DNA of 32,000 nucleotides from an uncultured Syntrophaceae bacterium (GTDB lineage Bacteria; Desulfobacterota; Syntrophia; Syntrophales; UBA6109), in contig CAZDLM010000028.1 of NCBI GenBank assembly GCA_964506465.1, positions 1 to 32,000 on the forward strand, read 5' to 3'. Positions 8,250-16,917 of this stretch are shown one piece after another. Positions within the stretch are counted from its first letter, which is position 1. The number at the start of each line of letters is the position of its first letter. Both the position numbers and the translations under genes were made by a program. Under the pieces are notes generated by a model. That model was given only the letters and a program-made list of their open reading frames with translations. It made no database searches and was not told the DNA's origin.

Positions 8250-9488
8250 TCAGGAGAAGCGACGGATCAGCAGGCTCGTGTTGACGCCGCCGAAGGCGAA
8301 ATTCTGGACGGCCGCGGTGTCGATGCGCTCCGCCACGATCCCCGGGGTGTGGCGGATCATGGCGCAGCGCTCGTCCGGCTCCTCGAGGTTCAGCGTCGGT
8401 GCGACGAAGCCCTCCCGCATCATATAAAGGATAAGAATCGTCTCGATGGCGCCGCAGGAGCCCATGGTGTGCCCCATGTATCCCTTGAATCCCGTCACCA
8501 GGGGATGGACGCCGTAGACGGCGTGGATCGCCTGGGCCTCGATGATGTCCCCCATCTTGGTCCCCGTCGCATGGGCGCTGATGAAATCGACCTGATCGGG
8601 GTTCAGGGACGCGTCCCGCAGCCCCAGGCGGAGGGTTTCGCCGATTCCCCGCATGTTCGGAAGGATCAGGTCGCCCCCGTTGTTGTTGCAGGCAAAGCCG
8701 ATGACCTCTCCCAGGATCTCGGCACCCCGGTGCCTCGCGAACTCGTATTCCTCCAGGAGCACCGCCCCCGCGCCCTCCCCCACGACGAGCCCGTCGCGCC
8801 TGCGGTCGAAGGGCCGCGGGGTGCACTGAGGACGGTCGTTGAAGGCCGTGGAGCAGGCCAGGAGGTTGTCGAAGACCGCCACGGTCGTCGTGTCGTACTC
8901 GTCGGCCCCGCCGCAGAGCATCGCATCCTGCATCCCGAACTTGACCATCTCGTAGCCGTAACCGATGGACTGGCTGCTGGTCGTGCATGCCGTGGAGGAG
9001 GAGATCACCCGCCCGGTGATGCCGAACATCTTGGTGATGTTGACGGCCGTCGTGTGGACCATCGACTTGAGGTAATCGACCGCGCCGATCGTGGAAAACT
9101 CCGTCCGGCTGCCGGTGAAAAAGGTCTTGTAGATCTCCCGCTGGACCGAGGGGCTGCCGTGCGTCGAGCCGAAGGCCACCCCCAGGCGGCCGGAGGTCAC
9201 GAATTCTGTGGTCAGGCCGGACTGCTCGAGAACTTCCTTCGCCACCTGACAGGCGTAATAGGCGACGGGCCCCATGGTCTTGCGGTAGACCCGTTTGAAA
9301 TCGAACTCGACCGGATAATCCACAGTCCCGAAGACCCGGGAGTGGATGAAGCGGGACAGGAGGTGATCCTCCTTCAGCGGTTTGACGCCGGAAACGCCGC
9401 GCTGAAGGCTCGCCACGATCTCGTCGCGGCCGTGGCCGATCGGCGTGATCGCCGAACAGGCCGTAATGACCACCCTTCGCCCCGTCAT
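8250..9488 (-). CDS. Beta-ketoacyl-ACP synthase (KS, intact Cys-His-His)
   Basis: 412 aa with SSSTACTTSSQSIG (Cys), SAHATGTKMGD (His) and YMGHTMGSCG (His). 4-nt gap to the next KS. Confidence 0.9.
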   Translation of the reverse strand: MTGRRVVITACSAITPIGHGRDEIVASLQRGVSGVKPLKEDHLLSRFIHSRVFGTVDYPVEFDFKRVYRKTMGPVAYYACQVAKEVLEQSGLTTEFVTSGRLGVAFGSTHGSPSVQREIYKTFFTGSRTEFSTIGAVDYLKSMVHTTAVNITKMFGITGRVISSSTACTTSSQSIGYGYEMVKFGMQDAMLCGGADEYDTTTVAVFDNLLACSTAFNDRPQCTPRPFDRRRDGLVVGEGAGAVLLEEYEFARHRGAEILGEVIGFACNNNGGDLILPNMRGIGETLRLGLRDASLNPDQVDFISAHATGTKMGDIIEAQAIHAVYGVHPLVTGFKGYMGHTMGSCGAIETILILYMMREGFVAPTLNLEEPDERCAMIRHTPGIVAERIDTAAVQNFAFGGVNTSLLIRRFS

Positions 9489-9518
9489 GGCCGGGCTCCG
9501 GTATCCGCGGATGCGGCT

Positions 9519-9788
9519 TCAGGAATTTTCATACAGACGCCTCTTGTCGGCCATGAGCACGACATAGTCGATCACCTGCCGGATCGTGCGGATCTCCATG
9601 GCCATCTGCTTTTCTTCATGCGTCAGCTCGCTCTTGAGGAGATGTTCGATTTCCAGGAGCAGCTCAATGGCGTCTACGCTGTCGAATTCGCCGGCTTCGC
9701 GCAAATCGTCATCGAGTCCGGGATTTTCCATCTCGAACTCCCGGTGGAAAATATTCAGAATCTCGAGAGTAATCTGTTCTTTTGTCAT
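9519..9788 (-). CDS. Acyl carrier protein (cluster ACP 3)
   Basis: 89 aa, acidic, with the phosphopantetheine-Ser motif in GEFDSVDAIELL. Confidence 0.85.
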   Translation of the reverse strand: MTKEQITLEILNIFHREFEMENPGLDDDLREAGEFDSVDAIELLLEIEHLLKSELTHEEKQMAMEIRTIRQVIDYVVLMADKRRLYENS

Positions 9789-9864
9789 CGGTTTCCTGCT
9801 GCAGGGTTTTTCGGACCGTCGTCAGACGGTGGCTTATAGTCCGGATTTCCAGCCATATCAAGCC

Positions 9865-11400
9865 TTACTTTCCCGGGCACTCGGCCGCCTCCGGAGGCGG
9901 CGCGTTCCCGCGGAATTCGTCCAGGTCGGCAAAGCGGTTCATTCCTTCGAGGCGCCGCAGATACTGCTGATAGCGTGCCTGCCAACCGGCCCTGCGGATC
10001 CGCCGGTCGACGAAAAACTTCATGACGGGTTGGATGACGTAGGTCCAGAAGGAGGTCCACAGGCGGCCCTGCTGCACGGCGAAGGCCGAGGGTTTCCACC
10101 ACCCCAGGACCGTTTGCCGGTAATGCCAGAAGGCATATGCCAACTGATCGGCCTGAAGCCGCCGGGTCTTCACATTGGCCCAGAAGCCGTTGTACCGCTC
10201 AAAGCGGTCGGGATTCGTCACCAGGCCCTCGGCGAGCAGATTTTCCCGAAGCCGGGTCTTGGGATAGGGGGTGAGGATCTGGCAATACGCGGCGTCGATC
10301 TCCAGTTCATTGAGGAATCGGTAGTTCTCCTGGATGGCGGTATCATCGTCGTCGGGCAGCCCGAAGATGAGGCCCCCGATCACCATGATGCCGTGCCGGT
10401 GGCAGCTCAGGACGGCCTGCCGCGCCGCCTGGACCAGATCGCCCTTCTCCATGGCCGCGAGGTTCCGGCTGGAAGCGCTTTCAATCCCCAGAAACACCCC
10501 TCGGAATCCCGCCGCGGCCATCTTGGCCACCATCGCCTCATTGCGGGCCATGGAGATGCAGTCTGCCTGGACGATCAGCCGCAGGTTCCGGTATTTCCGG
10601 GCGATGATGGCGTCGCAGACGGCCGTGACCCACTGGGGGTTCAGCACCATGTTGTCATCGGTGATGAAGATGAGACGCGTCTTCCGGTTGAAGTAGATGT
10701 CGTCCAGGTCGGCGAGAATCCGTTCGATGGGATACGTCCGGTAGGAGCGCCCATACATGTGGTTGATGCTGCAGAAGTTGCAGCTTCGCGTGCAGCCCCG
10801 GGAGGTTTCCATGACCTCGATCCGGGAGTACATGAAGTGGTATCCGCGCGTCAGGCGCCGGCGGTCGCGCACCGGGAGCTTTAGCCGGGACAAATCGCAG
10901 AGTTCCCCCGTTTCGTTGTGGATCCATTCGTTCCCGCGCCTGTAGGAGAGCGACGGAACGGCCTCCAGGCTGTCGGTCCCCGCCAGGGCGTTGACCAGCC
11001 TCCGGAACGTCTCCTCCCCTTCGCCGCGGATGATGAAGTCCATCTCCTGCGCATCCGGGGATGTGGCGATCTCGCGGCTCATCAGGGTGGCATGATAGCC
11101 CCCGACGGCGATCTTCACTCCGGGCAGGAGACGCTTGATGAGCCGCATCACGGCCAGACACGTCGGGAACTGCCAGGTCATGGCCGACAGGCCGACCAGA
11201 TCGGGGCGGATCTTCTTGAGGGTCTTCGTCAGATAGGCGACGACGCCGCGGCGCTTGCGGACCAGATCGATCAGATGGACCTCATGCCCCTCATCGATGT
11301 TGCCGGCGACGCAGGCGATGCCGTGGTTGGGCATGTGGAGCGCCGTCTCATGGATCACGATCGGAATCACATCCGGCATCGAGATCAGGACCACCTTCAT
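9865..11400 (-). CDS. B12-binding-domain radical SAM enzyme (class B type)
   Basis: 511 aa. N-terminal Rossmann-like domain (MKVVLISMPDV..., DLVGLSAMT, KIAVGGYHAT) and CxxxCxxC in SRGCTRSCNFCS, followed by a long C-terminal extension. Confidence 0.85.
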   Translation of the reverse strand: MKVVLISMPDVIPIVIHETALHMPNHGIACVAGNIDEGHEVHLIDLVRKRRGVVAYLTKTLKKIRPDLVGLSAMTWQFPTCLAVMRLIKRLLPGVKIAVGGYHATLMSREIATSPDAQEMDFIIRGEGEETFRRLVNALAGTDSLEAVPSLSYRRGNEWIHNETGELCDLSRLKLPVRDRRRLTRGYHFMYSRIEVMETSRGCTRSCNFCSINHMYGRSYRTYPIERILADLDDIYFNRKTRLIFITDDNMVLNPQWVTAVCDAIIARKYRNLRLIVQADCISMARNEAMVAKMAAAGFRGVFLGIESASSRNLAAMEKGDLVQAARQAVLSCHRHGIMVIGGLIFGLPDDDDTAIQENYRFLNELEIDAAYCQILTPYPKTRLRENLLAEGLVTNPDRFERYNGFWANVKTRRLQADQLAYAFWHYRQTVLGWWKPSAFAVQQGRLWTSFWTYVIQPVMKFFVDRRIRRAGWQARYQQYLRRLEGMNRFADLDEFRGNAPPPEAAECPGK

Positions 11401-12269
11401 AGCGCCGCCTTCCTTTCCATGAGGGCGCGCGCCTCGTCCACCAGCGCGGGCAGAGAGAAGGTTTCACTTCCGTAATCCGGCTCCAGGCTCCCGGCCAGTT
11501 CGACGCTGATGACCGCCTCGTCATGGGCATTGAACAGGAATCGGTCCGGCGGAAAGAGTCTCTGCGTGTTGCGGATGAGGACCACCCGGAGGGGCGATGC
11601 CTGGCAGAGACGGGCGATCTTGAACGCGCCCTTGTCGAACGGGCCGATCCTGCCGTTGCGGGACCGGGTCCCCTCGGGAAAGATGAAAAGATTTCCGCCT
11701 GCGGCAAGGTAGTCCTGCATGGCCTTGATCTGGTCGATCATGCTGGCCGAAAACAGTCCCTCGGCCAGCGAAGGAATGTAACCGGAGCGCCGCAGTATCC
11801 AGCCGAAAACGGGAAGACGGAAATAGTCGTTCTTGACGATCGTCTTCTGCTTTTCAAACAGGGAGACGAAGAGGATGGGATCCAGAAACGACAGGTGGTT
11901 GGCGATGATCACCGAAGAACGCAGGGCCCCGACCTCGTCCGAGACATGCCATTTCACCCGGGGAACCAGGACCCGCAGAAGGGCGAAGAACGACCGGTGA
12001 AGGCGGCAGTTCCATCGTTGAAAGGCCGTCTCTCCCCCGGATGAAAAAAAATGCGTGTACAGATAGAAGGGCGAAAAGAACAGAAGGAATCCCAGAATGT
12101 AGTAGGCCCAGAGGAGCGCCGTCACGATGAAGTCATGGACCCATGCCGCAACAGCACGGGGTCCGGTTGGCGTGCCTTCCGCGCTCCCGGCAGTCCCTTC
12201 CGGGTTGTCTGGCAAAGATCGTCCGCCGTCCACCGGGGAGGTTCGGCCGGTCCGTTCCGGTTGGGTCAT
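11397..12269 (-). CDS. 1-acyl-sn-glycerol-3-phosphate acyltransferase-like (PlsC/LPLAT family), membrane anchored
   Basis: 290 aa from ATG 12269 (MTQPERTG...). Hydrophobic N-terminal segments, H(X)4D in IIANHLSFLDP, and the FPEGTRS motif. TGATG junction with the upstream gene and ATGA with the downstream gene. Confidence 0.85.
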   Translation of the reverse strand: MTQPERTGRTSPVDGGRSLPDNPEGTAGSAEGTPTGPRAVAAWVHDFIVTALLWAYYILGFLLFFSPFYLYTHFFSSGGETAFQRWNCRLHRSFFALLRVLVPRVKWHVSDEVGALRSSVIIANHLSFLDPILFVSLFEKQKTIVKNDYFRLPVFGWILRRSGYIPSLAEGLFSASMIDQIKAMQDYLAAGGNLFIFPEGTRSRNGRIGPFDKGAFKIARLCQASPLRVVLIRNTQRLFPPDRFLFNAHDEAVISVELAGSLEPDYGSETFSLPALVDEARALMERKAAL

Positions 12270-13780
12270 CACGGCCGTCCCCCGCTCGATCCCGGCTTTT
12301 CCCGTCCCTTCGCGAGCTCTTCGTAAATCGGCGCGAAACGGTCTGCCCCGACCACCTGCCGGACGCCATGAAAAGAACCCATCAGGGTTCCGAAGACGCC
12401 CGGCGAAAGGGCGTTCTGGCCCGCAAGCCAGAGACCGGACGGCCCCAGGCGGTGGAGCGTTGCCGCAGCAGGCAACTGGCGGACCGACCGCAGGATCCCG
12501 TAAGGGGAGCCTTCCGGAGTATCCACCCAGTCCCGCAGCGTCAGGGGGCTGTAGGCATCGATCACCTTCGCGTCCGCCAGCGGCCCGAAGACCTCCTCGG
12601 CGTCCTGCAGGAGTTTGCCGGCGAGGGAAGCCTTTTCCTCTTGGTAATCCGCGCCCCGCCGGCCGGTGGTCGTCCGCTCCCACCGGCGCCACTCTTCATA
12701 GGGGCTCCTCGTAATGGCCACCAAGAGGTTTCTCCCCTCCCGGCCTCGCAGCATTTGATAGAAGACGCCCCCGCGGATCGAGCCATCCCGGTTTGTGCGC
12801 AGCCGGAAGATGTTGTGCGGAAGGGCCGGGTGGACGGCGGCGTCCACCGACGCATTCACAGCGAAGAGGCTCTCCGTCTCGCACAGCTCGGCGACGCGCC
12901 GGACCCGGCGCGGAAGGACCAGCCCTTCCGGCAGCATCGCCATCGCCTTCTTGGGATGGATGGCGGCAACCACCCGCGGGGTTCTGCACACCGTTCCCGA
13001 CGCCAGCCGGACCCCCTCGACCGCGCCCCCCGGGGCGAGGATCGCCGTCGCCGGATCGCCGCACAGGAGGGTCCCGCCCAGGGATTCCAGCCTCGCGACA
13101 AAGGCTCCCGCCAAGTCCGCACCGGATCCCTTGAGCCGCCAGGAAGAGAGCAGATAGGATGTCAGGGCCAGGTGATGATAGAGGACGGGACACTGGTCCT
13201 CCGGCATCCCCATCCATCGGGCCGAAACGCCCAGGACGCTCCTGAGCCCCGCCGAACAGTCCATTCCGGCGAGATAATCCCCCAGCGGCGCGAAGAACGC
13301 CGGATCGATGGCCAGAGGGGCCGGCGAAAGAAAAGCGAAGTCCTTCTGGAGACGGGAAAACATGCGGAGGTTTTCGACGATCGCGGCGATGGGGCGCCCG
13401 TCGCCGGGAAACGCCTTCTCCAGCGAGGCGCCGAAGGCATCGAGTCCCACGGGCAGGTCGAATAGGAAGTCATCGAAGAGGTAGCGGTCGATGGCTCCTC
13501 CGCTCCCCATCTCCTCCGCCGCCATCTGGTCCGCAACGCCCAGATAATCGCACATCCTCCGGAGGGGTTCTCCCTCTCCGAAGGAGCCGAAATAGTGGAC
13601 GCCGACGGGGCAGTCCAGGCCGTCGCGCCGGTAGCCGCGCATCAGGCCGCCCGGCAGCGGATTCCGCTCGACGATGACGACCCGGTAATTCAGCAGGGAC
13701 AGGAGGATCCCCACCGACAGCCCGCCGATCCCCGAACCGATGATCGCTGCGTCAAAAGTCCGTTTGTCTTCCATGGTCAT
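12269..13780 (-). CDS. FAD-dependent oxidoreductase, phytoene desaturase (CrtI)-like fold
   Basis: 503 aa with the dinucleotide fold FDAAIIGSGIGGLSVGILLS...VERNPLPGG. Length and layout are typical of the CrtI/amine-oxidase family. The start may be ATG 13774 instead. Confidence 0.8.
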   Translation of the reverse strand: MTMEDKRTFDAAIIGSGIGGLSVGILLSLLNYRVVIVERNPLPGGLMRGYRRDGLDCPVGVHYFGSFGEGEPLRRMCDYLGVADQMAAEEMGSGGAIDRYLFDDFLFDLPVGLDAFGASLEKAFPGDGRPIAAIVENLRMFSRLQKDFAFLSPAPLAIDPAFFAPLGDYLAGMDCSAGLRSVLGVSARWMGMPEDQCPVLYHHLALTSYLLSSWRLKGSGADLAGAFVARLESLGGTLLCGDPATAILAPGGAVEGVRLASGTVCRTPRVVAAIHPKKAMAMLPEGLVLPRRVRRVAELCETESLFAVNASVDAAVHPALPHNIFRLRTNRDGSIRGGVFYQMLRGREGRNLLVAITRSPYEEWRRWERTTTGRRGADYQEEKASLAGKLLQDAEEVFGPLADAKVIDAYSPLTLRDWVDTPEGSPYGILRSVRQLPAAATLHRLGPSGLWLAGQNALSPGVFGTLMGSFHGVRQVVGADRFAPIYEELAKGREKPGSSGGRP

Positions 13781-13837
13781 CCTTGCGGGAGGGTCCGGCC
13801 CGGAGAATCCGGCGGGGAGGATGCCTCCGCGGAGTCG

Positions 13838-14098
13838 TCAAGCCTTCGGGCGGTTCTCCCGGACGAATTGCGCCAGGGCGCGGACGGAGGCAAAGGCCTT
13901 CACGCCCACCTCCCGGGTCTCGATCTTCACCCCGTAGTCCTTCTCGAGCATGAGGACCAGTTCGAGGATATCGATGGAGTCGATTCCGATGCCCCCTCCC
14001 ACAAGAGGTTCGTCTTCTTTGATATCCTCCGGCCGCACGTCCAGAAGCGACAGGGTGGAGATGATCTTGATCTTCAATTCCGCGAGCAGTTCATCCAT
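13838..14098 (-). CDS. Acyl carrier protein (cluster ACP 2)
   Basis: 86 aa from ATG 14098 (MDELLAELK...), with the Ser motif in GIGIDSIDILELV. The track ORF 13838..14515 extends upstream across the ACAD gene. Confidence 0.85.
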   Translation of the reverse strand: MDELLAELKIKIISTLSLLDVRPEDIKEDEPLVGGGIGIDSIDILELVLMLEKDYGVKIETREVGVKAFASVRALAQFVRENRPKA

Positions 14099-14166
14099 CC
14101 TCTTTCTCCCTTTTGAATTTCTCCCGGCAGGGCGGATCCGCAAAAGACGGGCGCTGAAGAAAAGCT

Positions 14167-15309
14167 TCAGAGCCCCAGGCGCCTCGCCACAATCCCACGC
14201 ATGATCTCGTTTGTTCCCCCCAGGATCCGGGTCACCCGTATATCGCGCCACGCCCTGGCGACGGCATATTCCTCGCAGTACCCGTAGCCGCCGTGCAACT
14301 GCAGGCAGCGGTCGGCCACGCGGAAGGCCATCTCGGTCGTCCAGTATTTGGCCATGGAGACCTCCGTGGTCACATCGACGCCCTCGAGATAGTCGACGAT
14401 CAGTTTGTCGACAAAAGTCCGGCCGAGTTTGATTTCCGTCGCCATCTCGACCAGCTCGAACTGGACGTGCTGAAAACGGCTCAGGGACTTGCCGAAGGCG
14501 CTGCGCTGCCGGCAATACTCGCGCGTCAAATCGAAAACCATCTCCGCAGCCGTCACCGCGCTGATCGCCAGGACGAGTCTCTCCGGCTGCAGGTTCCGCA
14601 TGAGCTTCTTGAAGCCCGTTCCCTTCCCGCCCAGGCGGTTGGCCTTCGGAATCCGGCAGTCCTCGAAGAAGAGTTCCGCCGTATCCTGGCTGTGCCAGCC
14701 GATCTTCCTCAGACGTTTCCCCTTGATGAAACCGGGGGTGCCGGCCTCGACCAGATACAGATCGATGGCGTCATGCGCCTTCTCGACCGACGGATCGCGG
14801 GCCGCAACGACAAGGAGGTCTCCGTTGATCCCGTTGCTGATGAAGGTCTTCTGCCCGTTGAGGACGAACGCGTTCCCCTCCTCCACAGCCGTCGTCCTGA
14901 TCGCTGCCAAATCGCTGCCGGCCTGGGGTTCGGACATGGCGACGGCCGTGATGATATCGCCGGCGATGCAGCGGGGAAGGTAGCGCCTCTTCTGTTCCTC
15001 GGTGGCAAAGGCCGTGATGTAAGGGACCACGACGTTGCTGTGCAGCCGGACGGCAAGCCCGCAGAAGTTGGTGCGCGTCATCTCCTCGATCACGATGACC
15101 GTGTAGAGGAAGTCCGCCCCCGTTCCTCCATACGCCTCGGGGACGTCCATGCACAGGAACCCCTGCTCGCCCATCTTTTTCCAGGCGCTGCGCGGGACGA
15201 TCCCGGCCGCCTCCCACTCCTCGATGAAGGGAACGACCTCCCTGGCCAGAAACTTCCGGAGGGCTTGCCGGAAGATGCGGTGTTCTTCAGTGTAGGGGAT
15301 CACGTCCAT
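14167..15309 (-). CDS. Acyl-CoA (or acyl-ACP) dehydrogenase family flavoprotein, IVD/LCAD-like
   Basis: 380 aa with ACAD segments AMSEPQAGSDLAAIRTTA and TFISNG. The C-terminal ILGGTNEIM lacks the MCAD-type YEG glutamate. LQPERLVLA resembles the IVD segment LDLERLVLA that carries the alternative catalytic base (from memory). Confidence 0.85.
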   Translation of the reverse strand: MDVIPYTEEHRIFRQALRKFLAREVVPFIEEWEAAGIVPRSAWKKMGEQGFLCMDVPEAYGGTGADFLYTVIVIEEMTRTNFCGLAVRLHSNVVVPYITAFATEEQKRRYLPRCIAGDIITAVAMSEPQAGSDLAAIRTTAVEEGNAFVLNGQKTFISNGINGDLLVVAARDPSVEKAHDAIDLYLVEAGTPGFIKGKRLRKIGWHSQDTAELFFEDCRIPKANRLGGKGTGFKKLMRNLQPERLVLAISAVTAAEMVFDLTREYCRQRSAFGKSLSRFQHVQFELVEMATEIKLGRTFVDKLIVDYLEGVDVTTEVSMAKYWTTEMAFRVADRCLQLHGGYGYCEEYAVARAWRDIRVTRILGGTNEIMRGIVARRLGL

Positions 15310-15338
15310 GATCGGGTCAGCCCTCCGCCGGCTGCATC

Positions 15339-15770
15339 TCAGGCATCCGCCTCCGCACGAAAGGCCTGGACGCTCATGACGGCCACAATCTCGTCCTCCA
15401 GCAGGACCGTCCCTTCGAAGACCGCGTAGCCCTCCAACGCACAGCTCTTGGTCACCTCGGTGATCAGGGCAGCCGCGATCGGCAGGCGGGCACGGCGAAA
15501 ATCGGCGCTCTTGATCCCCACGAGCCAGCCGGTGGCGCCTCCCCGGCCGCCCTGGATGCGTTTCCAGCCTTCGAGCAGCGCCGCCGTCTGTGCGACCAGC
15601 TCGATCGTCACCAGGGCATCGACCGATCCGTCGCCGTAAAGGGGCCAGTCTTCAGAGGTTGTCGCGGCCGTGCGCGCCCTCTGATCGTCGACGGCCAGGA
15701 CCGTCTCGATCAGCTTCATCCGGCTGCGGTGGGGAATCATCTTCTCGATGTCGAGATCGATCGGTTTCAC
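15339..15770 (-). CDS. Single-hotdog FabA/FabZ-like dehydratase (APE-cluster-like)
   Basis: 143 aa with the IPHRSRMKLIE and TIELVAQTAALLEG segments typical of hotdog dehydratases. GTG start at 15770 assumed; ATG alternative at 15740. Confidence 0.7.
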   Translation of the reverse strand: MKPIDLDIEKMIPHRSRMKLIETVLAVDDQRARTAATTSEDWPLYGDGSVDALVTIELVAQTAALLEGWKRIQGGRGGATGWLVGIKSADFRRARLPIAAALITEVTKSCALEGYAVFEGTVLLEDEIVAVMSVQAFRAEADA

Positions 15771-16035
15771 GCGGTTTCCATAACAGAAATCCCCTCATGC
15801 GGCAAGACGATGTCGGCCGGGATCGTCTCATCGGCCGGCAGGCTCTTCACGATGACCGCTTGTTTTTCATCGCGCAGGCCGAAGCCGCGGGCGAAGCATG
15901 GCGCGCCGCGAGGCAATCCGCCGTTGAAGAGCAGGATCGTCCGATGGCATGCCGCTGAGGGGCTTCACCCGGTTGACCGCCCGTGTCCGTTTTTTGATCC
16001 GGCGGTTGACGAGCGGGAGCGGTGGAATTTGCCTC

Positions 16036-16878
16036 TTATCTTCCCGCCGGCACCCGCTTCTCCGATTTGAGGAATACCCAGGACACGGAGATCCCGCTCA
16101 TGATGGAACACTTCTTCTTCACCAAAGGGCTGTCTTCGATCACGGCGCCCTGGAGAAAATCAACGCTGACAAAGAGGTTGAAGATCCACGGCTCCATCTT
16201 CTTGTTCAACCCGATGCTGAGCGTCGACCCGCTGTATCCACCGCCGGCGTCGTACGAAGGGCGCGACGCCGTGGCGTAGGCCGGTTCGACCGAATAGAAA
16301 TACCGGTGATAGCCGCGGTCGCCGAATACCGGCCCGGCGGAGATTCCCAGATTCAGACCGCTCTCGGGAAGGATATCCGATTTTTCGAAAACCAGCCGCG
16401 GGTTCCACAGCCAGCCCTCATGCCGCACCGATGAAAAATCCGTCGAGAAGACCGCCCGAAACGGCAGGACCAGACTCCATTTGTAGGCGTCCTCGCGGTT
16501 GTCCAGCAGTGTGATGTTCAGGGACGGGCCGACCTCGAAGGTCGGATCCAGATCCGGCATGTCCCGGCGGGCCTCGTTTTTTGAACTGTCGACCGGCACG
16601 TTGCCGAAGAGGCTGACGTCCAGCAGAACGTCGTCCGTTTTGAAGATCCGCCCCGAAATGCGCTCCCGTTCGACCCGGAAGATATCGCCGCGATAGACGA
16701 GGTAGGGATAGGGCAGCAGCAGAAACCTGCTTTCATCGGAGCCCCGGTAGTCCGGCATGTGGAGAAGGGCCGCCCCGACGCCCGCCTCCCAGAGGGGCTT
16801 CTCCCCGCCGCAGGCGCCGGGCGGAGACAAGAAGACCGCGAGCGTCAGGAGAATCGCAAGAACACCGCGAATGCGCAC
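16036..16878 (-). CDS. MipA/OmpV-family outer-membrane protein
   Basis: 280 aa with signal peptide MRIRGVLAILLTLAVFLSPPGA. Contains PDYRGSDE and LPYPYLVYRG, with an alternating beta-strand-like pattern through to the C-terminus. Confidence 0.7.
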   Translation of the reverse strand: MRIRGVLAILLTLAVFLSPPGACGGEKPLWEAGVGAALLHMPDYRGSDESRFLLLPYPYLVYRGDIFRVERERISGRIFKTDDVLLDVSLFGNVPVDSSKNEARRDMPDLDPTFEVGPSLNITLLDNREDAYKWSLVLPFRAVFSTDFSSVRHEGWLWNPRLVFEKSDILPESGLNLGISAGPVFGDRGYHRYFYSVEPAYATASRPSYDAGGGYSGSTLSIGLNKKMEPWIFNLFVSVDFLQGAVIEDSPLVKKKCSIMSGISVSWVFLKSEKRVPAGR

Positions 16879-16917
16879 GAGACACCTCCTCTTTTTTTCC
16901 GCCGGTTCCGGCGAGCG

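Noticed and set aside
7914-9839. 641-aa plus-strand ORF
   Set aside because: It lies antisense to two KS genes and an ACP gene, all with clear catalytic motifs. It has no motifs of its own.
12143-13465. 440-aa plus-strand ORF, plus several 80-170-aa ORFs in 12100-13540
   Set aside because: They lie antisense or off-frame to the CrtI-like flavoprotein gene, which has a clean GxGxxG fold. Their composition is Arg/Pro-rich.
14293-15429. 378-aa plus-strand ORF
   Set aside because: It lies antisense to the acyl-CoA dehydrogenase homologue.
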